A stretch of DNA of 64,000 nucleotides, taken from Octopus sinensis. Its lineage: Eukaryota. The notes under the pieces were generated by a model. That model was not told the origin of the DNA and did no database searches. It was given only the letters and a program-made list of their open reading frames with translations. The stretch is from positions 93,186,001-93,250,000 of the forward strand of contig NC_043006.1 of assembly GCF_006345805.1 (NCBI RefSeq). The letters are read 5' to 3'. Numbering within the stretch: position 1 is the stretch's first letter; each line of letters starts with the position of its first letter. Of the stretch, positions 26,631-41,579 are shown one piece after another. The position numbers and the translations under genes were made by a program.

Positions 26631-27484
26631 AACTAAATTTAAAAAGTATTCTGCTCGATATAAATTATTTAACTTGTACAAACATTTTTTGAGTGTTTAA
26701 ATGCGCTTCAGTAATTACCATAGATCATATTACTTTTTTTTTATAATTGCGTATACTAATAACTATTGCTTTTATAGGTATTCAAAGTGTGTATACATTC
26801 TATCGAAACAACCTGTATACGCACACACTACCAAATGATAGGCTAACATGTCCGTACACTGGGTATTCCGTCATCAGAGACAAGGTGAGTATGTATGAAA
26901 GTCCTAGACAGGGATATTCACAGTTTATAAGGAATAAAATATAAGAATAAAAGAAGAGAGAAGAATATAGACAGGAGAATGGCAGTTCACAGTTCGTCTT
27001 TTTCCAGAGGGTATGGAGGTTGGTCCATACTTCCGTGAAGGTATAGATCAACATACACAAATACATAACACCTGCCAATATGCCTTTACTTTAGTTACAA
27101 CGTACGTACGTTTTGTAACTTAGATGATAGCAAACTTTAATCCTTTAATTTTTAATTTTTTGATTTCTTAATTTAAATTCGAGGGCTTAATTTTAATTTT
27201 TAATTCATTAATACGTATTCTTTATCCTATATATGCCCCCTTAAGCTAGGCATCTATTTTTAGCTATCCCTATTTTCCGCTGAACTAAATATTATCTCTG
27301 ACTACACTTAACCTACAATTCAATTTACCAAAACCTTAGCGCCTGACCTCTCAACCCGAACCGACATTCACGTAGAAAAATATTGGTATCTTATCCCTCT
27401 TTATTTTGTATTTTTAAAATTTGAATTTTTGATTTTTTATTCTGATTCCTCATTCAATCTTTCCTACTCTTATCCCCACTCCTT

Positions 27485-27538
<54 letters not shown>

Positions 27539-27977
27539 CTCTCTCTTGCATCTGCTTATTCACAATCCCTTTCTCTCTATCTTCGTGCCCGTCTTTTGGG
27601 GGTTTTTTGGTAAATTCTCACTACATATCGTTCTTTCTTTTTGTTTTTTTCAGTCCTTTGAATGTGGCCATGCTGGAGCACCACTTTTAGTCGAACACAT
27701 CGACACCAGGACATATTAAGCCAAGTACTTATTCTATCGGTCTCTTTTTCAGAAGCGCTAAGCTACGGGAACGCAAACAAACCAGCATCGGTTGTCAAGC
27801 GATCGTGGAAGGACAAACACAGGCACACAAGTGTCTAGTACTGTAGCCCAGGCTACAGTAGAAGACACTTACCCAAGGTGCCACGCAGTGGGACTGAACC
27901 AGGAACAATGTGGTTGGTAAGCAGGCTACTTACAACTAAGCCACTCCTGTATATACATACATACATACACACACACG

Positions 27978-28012
<35 letters not shown>

Positions 28013-28249
28013 ATATATATGTATATATATAATAGAATATTAGGGAATAAATCCAAACTTACAGGGAAAAATCAGATTTAGGATTAAATCCAATTTTATA
28101 GTATAAATATATTATATTATATTATATTAAATTAGAGATAAAACCACTATTAGGCAAATCAAACAATGAAAAACATAAGCCAATACATTAAATTAATTCA
28201 TTTATATTATTTTAAATATATATCAAAAGTATTATATACACGTGTGTGT

Positions 28250-28470
28250 CAGCATCATGATCATAAGATTGTGGTTTCGATTCTTGGACCGGGCGACACG
28301 TTGTGTTCTTGAGCAGAACACTTCATTTCACGTTGTTCCAGTCCACTCAGCTGGCAAAATGAGTAACGCTGCGATGGACTGGCGTCCCGTCCAGCTGGGG
28401 AACACATACGCCATAGAAACCGGTAAACCGGGCCCATGAGCTTGGCCAGGCTTTAAAAGGGCACATTTAT
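28250..28470 (+). mobile_element. tRNA-derived SINE family C variant with V-SINE-like ctgcgatggactggcgtcccgtcc block
   Basis: Shares its head and ccactcagctg block with 5169-5503; decayed relatives lie at about 14700-14900, 15170-15490 and 15950-16090. Confidence 0.65.
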
Positions 28471-28489
28471 TATATATATATGGATCCTG

Positions 28490-28621
28490 AGTATGCCAGG
28501 AGGTTTCCAGACACGAGTTATTCTCACGTGTGAAGTTTCATCAAAATCAACAAAATGATGTAGGAGGAGTTAGCTAATAACTACACAAACACACCCACAG
28601 ACAAAATTTCCCGCATATGTA

Positions 28622-28625
<4 letters not shown>
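28490..28625 (+). mobile_element. Probable Helentron/DINE-1-like non-autonomous fragment
   Basis: aagtttcatcaaaatc...gtaggaggagttagc...cacagacaaaattt resembles HINE 3' portions (recalled pattern only). Confidence 0.35.
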
Positions 28626-28672
<47 letters not shown>

Positions 28673-28779
28673 ATATGGAATAATTACTGTGAAACATTAT
28701 GTAGAATATATTGTATAAAAGGTCGTGGGAAAGGCCAAAACAATGTAAAGTAAATGCAAGGTAAATCACAAGTAAACAA

Positions 28780-29580
28780 ATATGTAAAGTAATGTACACT
28801 TACCATGTATTCAATATTTCGGAGTTATGACCCCTTTTCAAGAAACAGACGAATGTTGCCGATGTGCGTATGTTTAAGCTGCCTGTAACTCTCTTTTATT
28901 ATTGATCTTGGGTTTCTTTTGGTGTATGAATATAGCCTCAGAGATTCTAATGTTGCCCCTGTTCCGCTGCGTTGCCTTGATGTGCACTGTGAACTCCCGG
29001 GTCTGGAATTTCCGTAGATGCTTCTTTACGTAAGTGTCTCCCTGCATGAGTTCCTTAATGCGTACATGCAGGTTTTTTTTTTTGTCGTGCTTCCGATGTA
29101 GGATGCGCTGCATTTGCCACAGACGATCTCAATTACGACATAGATCCTCTGGCACAATTAAGGCTCATTGATGGGGCAGTTCGACAATGTGCACTCCTCA
29201 GTGTAGAGAGAGGTGTTTTTCTTGGACAGTACTTTTCTCAGAGAAGGGTCGGTGTGCACTATATGTATGTCGAGTCCTTCTCTACGGACTGCGTGTTGTA
29301 TCGCTGCAATAGTTCTGTCGTCAAAGGGTAGTGGATTTAGGAAGCACGTGCCAGATTGGAAGTATGCTGGTTCCTCCGGGGTTTATTGACCTTGATGTTC
29401 TTAAGGCGCCGTTGTTTAGCTAAAAATGGTGGGTAGCCATTCATTGTTAGGTCTCTGAGGAACTGTTCGGTGTAGACGGCTTTGTCGGTCACATTGCTGC
29501 AGTTGTTGTTTATACGTGCAATCTCGTTTCCCATGTATGCAGCTTTCGCGACGACAGGAATACTGCAGCGATTCATCTCA
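28780..29580 (-). mobile_element. Penelope-like element 3' fragment (GIY-YIG)
   Basis: MNGYPP, YVVIEIVCGKCSASYIGSTT...LHVRIKE and ISEAIFIHQKKPKINNKRE. Confidence 0.8.
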
Positions 29581-29887
29581 TATACATATATGTGTATATA
29601 TATATATATATATATAATGTAAATAACGAGGGTGATAAATTGAATAGGTGATCTATTTCTAGCATATTGGATGTCCACTTAGTGGTCATCCCTTCTTATA
29701 CGCATGTGTATTACACACACACGCATATATATATAAGCGTAGCCTGTTTACCAACAACATGTTCAGTCCGGTTCCAATCCTACAAGCGCGGTGACTTGGG
29801 CAAGTATCTTCTTTAGCGTCGGGCTGATCCAAATTTTGTCAGTGGATTTAGATGTAAACTGGACGAAGCCCGTCGTATATATGTAGG

Positions 29888-29989
<102 letters not shown>

Positions 29990-31419
29990 TGTGTGTGTTG
30001 TGTATGGGTCTGTATGTATATACAGTTTGCTAATATTACAACTATGATGAAATTCCAAGGTCTCAGAAGAGGTGTCGAATCCCGAATACCATGCGCCTTC
30101 CCCTTATTTTTTCTGCGTCTTTTGCACTCCATCTAAATCTCTTCTGTAAATATATAAACATCTTTGTACTTGTTCATCTTCTGAATATTTTCATTTTTGT
30201 TTTTCTCTGTGTGTCTATTCCCATATATAAATCACAGGCACATATGTATGTATCTTATATATTTCAAGCACACGAATGTTTATTTGTTCCTTTACATCAT
30301 TATCGCCATAACGTATTTATATAGACGTGTACGTATGAGTATAATTTCATTTATATATCTATATATATAAACATTGTTAAACCAACATACATATACATAC
30401 ATGCAAACACACACATACACACATACATTTATAAATGCACATGAATGTTTGTATGTGTGTGTATATATATATATATACATAGCTGTGTTATGCATAAATA
30501 CATATATATGTGCGTGTGCTTGTTTGTATGTGTGTGTTGTGTGTTTGTGTGTTTATTTTGTTTACGAGACTTTATTGAATTGCTAATATGTTAAGAAATA
30601 CCATAATAAAATCTAAATTCAATTAATATTTAAACATATTGGATTTTTACTGAGATAATATAGAATCCGATAATGTTAAACTAATTTGTGTATTTAGAGG
30701 AGAAAAGATGGAAAATAACGTGCATAGTGACTCTAAAAAAACACAAAAACAAATGGAACTTTATAGTAACCCTTTGCAGTAAGCTCTGTTGCTAAAAATA
30801 TAACCTAAACTTTCCCCATATCGCCGAGAATATTTCACTAATAACCATAAACTTTCTTAAATGAATATTTGTAATTTTGAATCTGTTGCTTTAGACACAC
30901 CACAAATTACCTGCCGTTTGGACAAATCAGTATAAATAATTTATCATTAATTCACTTTTACTTTTCATATCTGTAGCATTTCTTACGGACGTGTCTTAGC
31001 AATTAGATTATTTGAGGTGTTAATAAATTTAATAAATTTGTAAATTCATACCCATGCGCTAATTGAACACATAGGTATATTTGTTCTATCCGCTTCATTC
31101 TTTTGTAAAGTGACAGCTCGTATTGTACACGTATTAAATCATTTGTATTATGATCAATGCCTAAGATCATGAGAACGGCGTTACTTCGTAGATACCGTGC
31201 AATCTGTTAATATTGATAGTTGTTACCTTACATAGATTTATAATCGAGAGGTCATAATGGCAACTGAATAGATACGATTGCAAGAGACCTTTACTTAAAA
31301 CTCTTAATAGAAAGAATTCATTTGGAAATAATCTGATTATTAGTCGATGTATGAACTGGAGATGATTTTATTCAAGTTGATATTTATGTTAACAAATCCA
31401 TTAAGAGCTCTGCTCTTAC

Positions 31420-31603
31420 TGAGCATAGATATTTTATGCTCGCTGCGTAGGTGACATACAATTAAATCATCCATAAAATTAGTTATGATTGCTTTGTGAA
31501 GGTATTGATTAGAAGCAAACTTCCTGTCAGGCCATATACGTGATACATGGATATATGTAGCCATTTGAGGCTATTTAAGATCATTTAAGTAAACTAATAC
31601 CTT
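31420..31603 (-). pseudogene. Exon relic, REJ-like, with one premature TAG
   Basis: Acceptor ttttcattttccag, donor GTAAGA; KVLVYLNDLK*PQMATYIHVSRIWPDRKFASNQYL... compared with PKD1 TVWKAGRKEEATNQ. The stop is at 31571-31573. Confidence 0.6.
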
Positions 31604-33805
31604 CTGGAAAATGAAAACTACCAAAGATTCGCATTTACCCCACGCATCATAAAACCCATTTTCGAAATACAATATTTGTGCCATGCGTCTCATTGTAGTT
31701 TCAAATACTTCGCAATTTTATTCTGCTCTCTGTGCTAAAAACATTTGTTTCATATTTATACACTATTATTTATGATTCAGGCTCCTTTATTGCAATGTTT
31801 CGTTATGTATTTTGTTAAATCTCTGAAAAAGATTTAAGTCACGGAAAAAAGGCGGGCATTAAACACGTCTTTCTATTTTTAATTTCGATAAATATGAAAT
31901 ATCATATAAGATCTAACTTGATAGGAAAGTTTTGTGCGCCTCATTGTTTTCGTTTTCTCTTCTTAGTATTGCAAAGCTTATAAAAGAATAAACATGGGTT
32001 ATTTAGCAGTCTTCTGCTGCACATCTAGTCTAATTAACTGCGATATTCCTTCTCAGATAATATCTCTTATAGATGTAGTCTTATAAACTATAGAAATATA
32101 TGCAGTAGCGTTGAGGATATGGGTAAATAAAAATTTCTATCTGATTTATTTAGCCCGGTCTGTTACTTTGCCATATACCACACCTAACCCAGCTATAATG
32201 AACAAAGGGATTTGATGTATTCTAATCGACGCGAATTTAGCCTTTTTACTATACATCGATGTAACATTATTCTAGAGAATTAGTTTGTCGGAATAGTGCG
32301 TTTTGCTACAAGAAAGCATATCTGCTTATTGCATTAACTCTCCATATAGAAATATACTTAAATTTATCTTGGGTCAGTTGTGAATATCAATATTTATCTT
32401 CCATAAAAACGCTGGTCTATTCAGGGAAATTTGTAAATAACAACTATTAGAATCTACCAAAAAGGCGTTCATTCAAGTGTCCTCGCGTGAAAATGATCTA
32501 TAAAATAAGTTACATTAGTGGTGTACCGAACGAAATATATAAGAGATTCATAATTAATTAAAAATATAAGATATTCGTAATTAATATGCAGAGAAAGAAG
32601 ACAAAAAATCTTGTGGCATTTATAAATGTTTCTCGAAGAAAATGATGTGATTTCAAACAATTAAGATTTAATTTCAGGAAATTATTTTTTTGCAGAAGGC
32701 AAAACCTGATATTATTTAGGAAGCAGCGTTGCACATATGCATATAAATTGTCCCCTCACGTAGGTTAATTTTTTCTATAAATAGGTAAATGAAATTTTGT
32801 AAATCAATTCTCAATTTCTCCAAATTATCTTCCTTCTTTATTGAGAATCTTCAACAATTACCACCAGTTCTATTTTTTTTCTTTTCAGCTTAAAAGGAAA
32901 TTTCAATTAATTGAATATTTTATGTGCGTCATCCAGTACATTCCCATTTCGCCCTAACATATTTATTGAAATTCCTGCCCGTGACCTAATTTAGTTATGT
33001 TTTCTTTTTAATTAAAATCTGTCAGGTATATATCACTTCAAATATCGCAGCATTAAAATATATTCTACACATGATATAGTACCTCCCGGTGACAAATTAC
33101 TTTAGAGTATCTTTTATTTCTTTTCACTGATATTTCTATTAATTCATTTACAACTAAGCTGTGTAATAACAGGGAACTATCTTCAGTTATATTTCAGTTT
33201 ATAATTCATTTAATTGTGTTTCTCGGGAATATTGTTTCCGTACAGATAATGTTTTGTTGGGGATAACAAGGACATTTAATGCAGTATCATTATTCCAAAC
33301 CCTCAGCCAGCTCCTATCTGCCACCAACAGTTAAAAGAAGTTTACAATTAGAAATGAGAAGAATCGTTTCCATATTTTATTCTCGACAATTATATCGTAT
33401 CTAAGGGCTGTAGATTGTTAGAATCATTATTGACCCAGAAAAGATGTTTTGCAAAATTTGTTTCGGCATCCCGCTCAAGTTCATTTTGACAATCACCTTT
33501 CAGGAAATAATAAAACAAAATGGTCTTTAAGTACAAGAGTTGATATAATCAACTGTCCCTTCACCGACATTCCTGATGTCATTTCAATAAACAATATAAA
33601 ATAAGGCGGTGAGCTTGCAGAAACGTTAGCACACCGGGTTTAACGGTATTTCGTCTGTCTTCAAGTTCTGAGTCCAAATTCAGCGAAGGTCGACTTTGCC
33701 TTTCATTGTTTCGGGATCGAGAAATTAAGAACCAGTTGCGTACTGGGGTCGATATAATCAACTGAGGCCTTCCCTAAAAATTTCAGGCCTTGTGCCTAGA
33801 TTAGA

Positions 33806-33839
<34 letters not shown>

Positions 33840-33844
33840 ATATA

Positions 33845-34075
33845 TGTATATATATATATATTATATATATATATATAATATATGCATACATACATGCATA
33901 CATACATACATAATACATACATACATACTACATACATACATACATACTACATACATACATACATACATACATACATACATACATACATACATACATACAT
34001 ACATACATACATACATTCATACATACATACATACACACACATATATATGTGTGTGTGTGTGTGTATGTATATACT
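33845..34075. repeat. (TACA)n compound array
   Basis: Direct inspection. Confidence 0.95.
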
Positions 34076-34184
34076 TATGCATGTGTGTGTCTGTGTGTCT
34101 CTGCCTGTTTATTTATTTCGTCCATCTTTACGTCATCAGTTCAAATTGCACCGTGGTCGACTTGACATTTCGGGGCTATATATA

Positions 34185-34225
<41 letters not shown>

Positions 34226-34699
34226 AGAGTTTATAGATTAGAGACGTATTCTCTGTATAGAATACTCTTCGTAGTGCTCAAGAGATTTGAACTTGAGCAG
34301 GTCGAAGAATATATGTAAAGATAAGCAAGTTAGGCCAGTCAATATATACAAAAAATGTTATTAAATATATTTGATTTAAAAAATGTACATGTTTGCATAT
34401 AAAGACTCCATCTTTAAACTCTATCCTGTCAACACCACAAATATAAAATTCTTCCCTGAAAACAGAGGCTGTTGTTATCCGATGATGGAGTCAAGTTTCA
34501 ATCATCATTATTTTCGACCACCAAGCCCACAGAAACAGCGGCTGGACTCGGAAAACCCCTTACTCACCCCCTTCATTCCTGATGTCATTTCTATTCGGTT
34601 TGTCGGACTTTTTTTTTATATGTATACATATGTAATATTCTGCATTAAATGTATTTAATATTGCCTAATTTGCTTGTCCTTACATTTACTCCTCTACTC

Positions 34700-34904
34700 T
34701 TTACTCTTTTACTCTTTTACTTGTTTCAGTCATTTAACTGCGGCCATGCTGGAGCACCACCTTTAGTTGAGCAAATCGACCCCGGGACTTATTCTTTGTA
34801 AGCCCAGTACTTATTCTATCGGTCTCTTTTGCCGAACCGCTAAGTGAAGGGGACGTAAACACACCAGCATCGGTTGTCAAGCAATGCTAGGGGGGACAAA
34901 CACA

Positions 34905-34956
<52 letters not shown>

Positions 34957-35125
34957 CATATATACGACAGGCTTCTTTCAGTTTCCGTCTACCGAATCCA
35001 CTCACAAGGCATTGGTCGGCCCGGGGCTATAGCAGAAGACACTTGCCCAAGATGCCACGCAGTGGGACTGAACCCGGAACCATGTGGTTGGTTAGCAAGC
35101 TACTTACCACACAGCCACTCCTGCG
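34700..35125 (-). mobile_element. tRNA-derived SINE family A, full-length exemplar
   Basis: Head aggcgcaggagtggctgtgtggtaag...ggttcagtccc, central microsatellite, and tail ...actgaaacaagtaaaagagtaaaagag. Other copies lie at about 6335-6660, 11405-11600, 12760-12885, 19470-19830, 27640-27950, 29730-29880, 42840-43180, 55042-55300 and 60470-60855. Confidence 0.85.
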
Positions 35126-35210
35126 CCTATATATATATATATATGCATATGTGTGTATGTATATATATATAGAGAGAGAGCGAGAGAGAGTCCATCATAC
35201 ACACACATAT

Positions 35211-35256
<46 letters not shown>

Positions 35257-35538
35257 ATAAAAATGGTAAGACAACAAAAGAAAGAAAGAGACCTCGATAT
35301 TATGTAAAGAGAGGAATTTATCTGTAAATTAATATGTGACAATTATTCGGTAGCCATGATAAAACTCCGAGTTTCGGATGCCGATGGTATTGAACTTTTT
35401 TCCCGAGTGTTATACTAATACATCTATTTGTTGTCTACATAACGTGTCTTTTTTTTTGTGAATTCTCCGTATATATATATACATATATATATATATGTGT
35501 GTGTGTGTGTGGTGTGTGTGTGTATGCATATATATATA

Positions 35539-35584
<46 letters not shown>

Positions 35585-36534
35585 TATATAATATATATTC
35601 ACTTTATTTAAAACAGATTTTGTTATATTTCTGCCTTTAAATAAGGCATATTACCCCACCTCTGGTATTTGAGTACTATTTTTTCCACCTTGTTTCACAT
35701 TTATGTGCTTACTCCTGTATATATACATACATATATATATATATCTGTGTGTGTGTGTGCGTGCATATATATACACTGTATCTACTGTGGATTGACGTGT
35801 GCGATTTGCACTTAATAACTGTATTTGCATGTTTCAGTGTTTATACACACTTACATCCTTGTAAAGAAACGACTGACAGAGAGATCCGTCATAGGAAGAC
35901 GACTGTTATAATACACATCAATAAAAGCGGAAGGTGATAATCGAAAAGTATGATAACAGCCGAAATAACAAGAATGTAATATAAGTTTTATGCTTGCATA
36001 TATTTCACATTAAATTACTCTGCTTTCACAGATCAATAATAAAGATAAGTATTAAAATTAAAACACAGAAAGAAGTTGTAACTTTGATTAGAAATTTCTA
36101 TACTTCGCAAATATATCTAACATATTTCTCGCGCATATTTATTGCTACGTATTTTTAATTTAATAATATATATTACTTAATTGTATTTTTTTTATATCCT
36201 GCCTTGGTAATACTTCATAATGTAATTAATTTTTGAACTATAATAAGATATAATGTAATTACTAGTGCGAAGAATATGGTATATAATTTTTCTATTTTTG
36301 TTTAACGTCTTTATTGAAAACGCTACAATATTTTTTCGATATATCCATATTAAGTTTATAGTTACTATTTCCTATGTATATAGCAGCTTCCACTCTACCA
36401 AATGCAATATGTGCCATCTAACCTGATCATAATGGTAAATAACAAGATTCCTGAAATGTCTGGTAAATTTCCAAATCTGTCTATCTATCTATCTATCTAT
36501 CTATATATCTATCTATATATATATATATATATAT

Positions 36535-37465
36535 CTTGGAAACTAAATGCTTCTTTCCCATCCAGACAGGTTTTCAGAAGCCGAATTAGCACGTTACTAA
36601 AGAGGGCTTTGACGGGAGCCATCGTCAACAACAAATGGTGGTTCGCCCTCACGAGATCAGTAAAAGCGGAAGCAATTAGATATAGCAAGACACTAGCCGT
36701 GGATAGCAACAGAGAAGAGGGTGAGTTAGTTAAAAAGTTGGAAGAGGCAATAAGAAGCGGAATCGCATCCAACGTTTTAGCGGCGAGGTTGGCCCTCGAC
36801 CAATACTTCAACACCAAACCCGAAGGGTGTGCTGTCAGGGCTAGAATGCGTGCTCTAAGGATAGAAGGTTTTGGAGCCGCGTGAGAGGCCCGGGTGTCAG
36901 AGGCGCAGCACGGTAACAAAGCCACCATTCGGTCTCTGGTAGACGAACAAGGGCGCGAATTGCTCGAGCCCAGCAAGATGTGCGAGGCATTTCAGCGGCA
37001 TTTTGCCCGACTGTACGGAACGAGTGGCGATCTTGAACGCAGGGTAGACTTCAGGGCCGACCTGCACAGCCTGCCACGACTCTCGGCAAGAGAGGCAGAG
37101 AGCTGCGAAGGTGCCATCACGACAGCGGAAGTGAGGGACGCGATGACAGGATGCTCGAGGGACAAATCGCCGGATCTTTTGGAGACATCTTGGCAGCGGT
37201 GTACTGCAACTGGCAGCAGAACGGGAGCATACCCGGTTTTGAGAGTCGAGGAGCCGTAACGCTGCTGACGAAAGATCTAAACAAGAGGGGCATTATAGAT
37301 AAATTTAGGCCCATCACTGCTCAATGCAGACTTGAACATTTTGGCCAAGGTGTTAGCCAAGAGGTTGGCGCTTGTCATCGAGAAACTGGTCGACACGGCG
37401 CAAACGTGCGCCGTGCCGAGCCGGAGCATCCATGACAATCTCCACCTGATACGCTACATCGTAGA
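36535..37465 (+). mobile_element. Tx1/L1-clade LINE ORF2 fragment (end of APE to start of RT)
   Basis: WKLNAS, DKSP, FRPIT, ILAKVLAKRL and QTCAVPSRSIHDNLHLIR; one stop and several frameshifts. Confidence 0.9.
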
Positions 37466-39524
37466 TGCTTTAGCTTTTTTACTATGGCAACAGTCTGAAT
37501 ACTTATTAATCAGACCACGTATAAAGGACCAAGAAATATATAGCAAAATGTATAACCTAATTTCACACCAGACCGAATCAGAGTGTGTTAGATTGTAAGT
37601 CATACTTGATTTAAATCAGTGGTGCGGATGTCATATGTTTGTTAATGAAAACACAACTGGCAAAATGGAAAAGAATAAAACCAAGCAAAATGAATAACTG
37701 CACTCATGTTTTCTTTGTTTTTATTTTTGAGTTTTTATATGTTTAATCAGAAAAGAAAAATCAACGCCTAATGCATGTCCTCTGCTCTAAAAGACCTGAC
37801 CGAAAATTTTGCACCGTCTGCTACCCACTATAATCACATTTACTAGGTATTTATTTCAAAATCGTTTTCATATTGCAGATTTTGGTGGCCTTCTACATGC
37901 CAGACACGATGCTGTTATTTGTAGCGGACTAGAGACGCAGAACGGATCTCGGAAATCGGGGTCTTTCTCCGGGTTGAGGCACTGCTTCTCCTCATGAAGC
38001 GGTCATAGCTGCGGTATTACAGAGTGATTAGATTGTTACAAGAAGGTATCGCAAGACGGATTTGTCAGCCGGTTCAGCCGGCAGGAGACCTCGGAGTAGA
38101 CCAAGAACCGGATGGTTGTATAAGATCGATATTCTCAGTTGGCAACTCTTGGAAATCGAGCCGGAAACTTTAATAAGTTTTGCTTCTGATAGAATTGTAT
38201 CGATTAGGTCTTTGATGCTTCAACCACCACGGACATCCCACGAATAGGGAGTGGAAAATAAATGGATGAATGGTCTTAAAACTGATGAATATCTAATACT
38301 TGAAGATGTGAAGTATCCTTGTTGTGTTAACTAATCTTTCTTTACTCTCACCCCTGAACTTTCTGATGAATGTGGTTATATGAGTATTAATAAAACCACG
38401 AAGTAAATAAATCAGTTGTGTCAAAATTTTGAGAATCTCTAATTTTTATTACGAAAGCGAAACATGGATGGATTTTATTTTACAGAATAATGATTTACTG
38501 AAAATGGTAAGTACGTCTGAGAACATTAGAGGATCTTCGTGCCAATTCGGTATTAACGCATATTATATGAAAACACCCACTTGGTGATCGTTATCATAAG
38601 AAATCTTTAATAGTGAAAGAAGCACGAACTCTCAGCTTTATTTAGAATCTCAATTTCCTTTATCATTTATTTTTCGTTGCATTTATTTAATAACGTAATC
38701 TTTTGTGAAAAAAATCATTCAATAAGTTCAGATTGCTTTCGACTGCAATCATAATGAGTTACATAACCGTTTCTTTACTGATATCTCTCAATACTGGTTT
38801 GCTATTGATGATTACGTGATGTTTATACATTGTTAAGGAACGCCTACGTTCAGACTAAATTATTCATAGTATTTTACTTCAATTTCTGATTAATCAATGG
38901 TCAAATCTACCACACCGATGTTGCTTTTCTTATTCCTCCTTTGAACCTAGTACCAGTAATATACTGGTTTCAATCGATAGTACCAAGCCTGCTTGGCTTT
39001 ATCCCGAAACAAGTAATAAACTTATATAGGAAGAGCTAATCATTTGGTTGCTCACAAGAGAAGTCTTATGGCATCGAAAGTTTAGCTCCCAGATAATCCT
39101 GAACATTGAACCGATCGAGTCTTCTTACTAGTTATCCTATGGATTCATTTACGTCTCTCAGGTTTTAGTCAACAAAATACACCATCCCCATCACCGTTAC
39201 CTGTGCAAAAGCAATAAAGTTAACAGTATGGTCCCTGTAAACTGATGCAAATTTTATTATGCATTCCACTTCAGTTGTATGCATTATTAAGATGATTAAG
39301 ATGAGACTATATTTCATAACGTCGAGCCAGCTTTATTCAAAGCGGGGATTTTAATCCAGTCTCATATAAGAAGCGCTCTGAGATATGGTAGCTTTCTGAA
39401 ATAAAAAGAAAACTAAACACAGCGATGTAGTTTAATAAATGATTATCGATAACTATCATCGAGACATTTGCATATAACGCCTTCAATGTATATTTCATGC
39501 GCTATATGTATGATGAAACCTTAC

Positions 39525-39870
39525 TTTATCTGATAAAGTAAGGCACATCGGTATTCTTGAAACGCATAGGATTGTCTTCTGAATGCTCAAATTCGGTTTA
39601 CATAATAATGACCCCACTTGCTGAAAGACATTACCAGAACATAGTTCATATGGCGGAATTATCCAGAAATATTTGATCTGATAAATTGATACAAATCCTT
39701 CAGCAAACCAGGTCCCAACTCCTACTTCAACTCTTGAAACAAATTCTACGATATATATTCTTTGTTCTATATCTGTATTTTCCTCTAACAGCGCAACCCA
39801 AACAAAGTGACTAATATCAATAAAATTGTATCTAAGAAACCTAGAGACAAAGGATATGACCGAAATAAGC
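39525..39870 (-). pseudogene. Exon relic, REJ-like, fully open (115 codons)
   Basis: Strong acceptor ttttgtttctcctttttttgtag, donor GTAAGG. Only one frame is open (LISVISFVSRFLRYN...LTLSDK). Phase 2 to phase 0; the end phase is compatible with the exon at 31603. Confidence 0.65.
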
Positions 39871-41031
39871 CTACAAAAAAAGGAGAAACAAAATAACAAT
39901 AAGTACGGCGGACTAGTTCAAAGTCCTACTCAATAACGAAACAGACGTAGAGAAATATGCATCTAAGGCTTCTTTTGTTGTTTATGCATCACAACCAGAG
40001 AGCAAACCTATGTATGAATTTGTAAGACTCATCAATGACTATGTGTATATGCTATGGGAATCAGTTATATAAGGACAACAAAAGGTATCTAGATAAGGCC
40101 TGAAGGTAAAGCCTGCAAGTCTAAAACACTTTCTTGGATGGTTTTGAAGTTGCTTTTCCGATAGACATGCTTAATTGAAAGATATTCCAAAAACATACAT
40201 CCTGAAAAATGGGTCAAACATTAAATTAAATCTAAAGGCGTTTGCTTTATTCTGTGAATGGCCAGCATCATATTTCCAGCAACAGAAAAAAAATTCATAG
40301 AGTTATCATATGAAAAATATAAATGTTGCCTGAATTTCGAATGAAAACGAGCATACACAACAGGTTTAGAAAAAAAAGTATAACTCTGCAATACAAGAAA
40401 AAAAGGCCAAAAACTTACGTTCAGAGTTTGCCTAATCGTATTGCTGAAAATTCATAGGCAGATTAGTATTGTAGAAACATTATAATGCTTTTTTTATGTT
40501 TGGCTGTTTAAGCTTAAATACCGTAGAATGGGTTCACCACACCTTTTCTTTCCCAGAGTTAAATGATCCAGTGGCTTGCAAAAGTAAGTGCATGTATTGG
40601 TCGCTTATTAACTGTCCAGCCATGTTTGCAACAGTTTGTTTTCAACGCGGGAAAGACCGCTTTCTCTGGAGCCTACCCAGGTTTATAAAAACACTTGTAT
40701 TCTGCCTCGCCTGGTCTTTGGCAGCATTCATTGACCACACACACCACGTCTCTTGGCACCAGCATCGATGAACCAGGAATCCAGCCAGTCTCATAGCTCT
40801 CTTCAACCAGCCTTCTCCAGCTTTCATCGTTTCCGCATCAGACAGCAGACCACAGCCACATCAACAGACCCAGCAAAACTGAAGACATGTAAATCCTTAT
40901 TCCAGATTGTAATATAATCATCATTCTCTTTTGGTAATCTTATTTTTATAACGAGAATAATAAATCGTCGCTTATTCAACTTATCCAAATCTTATTGTTT
41001 GCTACTTCTTTCTCCGTTAAAACATCCTTAC

Positions 41032-41120
41032 AAACATTAAGCTGTGTAATATTGATATACCGGGTGTTCGGGGTAGATTTGGCAGTTTGTATAAAAGAAA
41101 AAGAAAACACGACACACCAC
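41032..41120 (-). pseudogene. Exon relic, REJ-like
   Basis: Acceptor ttactttcatattctag, donor GTAAGG; 89 nt open, WCVVFSFSFIQTAKSTPNTRYINITQLNV, compared with PKD1 YCFVFVVSFGDTPLTQSIQANVTV. Confidence 0.5.
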
Positions 41121-41579
41121 CTAGAATATGAAAGTAATTTCAAAAAGCAAAAATTATCAGATAATGGATGGGATGAGATAAGAATATACTCAAAGTAGCT
41201 GCCGTCAACTTCCACCACGGATTAAAGACGGCTCCAGATCCTGACATATGAGTTCTCCACTGTCTCTGAGAAGATCCCTGGACATCTCCCTTATCTTGAC
41301 CACCAGCTAGGTCCTGGTGTTGCAGGCAGAACAGTTGGTGTCTTTCTCAAAAGCTCTCTACAGAAAGTAATTCATGCGATTCGAAGGAACTATGAGGCCA
41401 AGAATTGGGGCTGGTGAAGACATACGCATGTTCAGTTACTTCTGCCTCTTTCCGGAGATATGACAAGGGGTCGAATCCTGTAGCCATAACTATGGTCTTC
41501 TAGCAGCAACCCTCTCCAGCTAGGGATTGATCAGAATTTCCATCAGATTCACACAGCCATCTGAATTGATCCTAGGGCC

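Noticed and set aside
32000-32271. Minus-strand segment NNVTSMYS...IPLFIIAGLG resembling REJ
   Set aside because: Weak acceptor, no donor and early stops; its position duplicates a role better filled by the 39.5-kb exon.
40496-40900. GC-richer patch with ORFs on both strands
   Set aside because: No recognisable motif or splice signals; probably an old transposon remnant.
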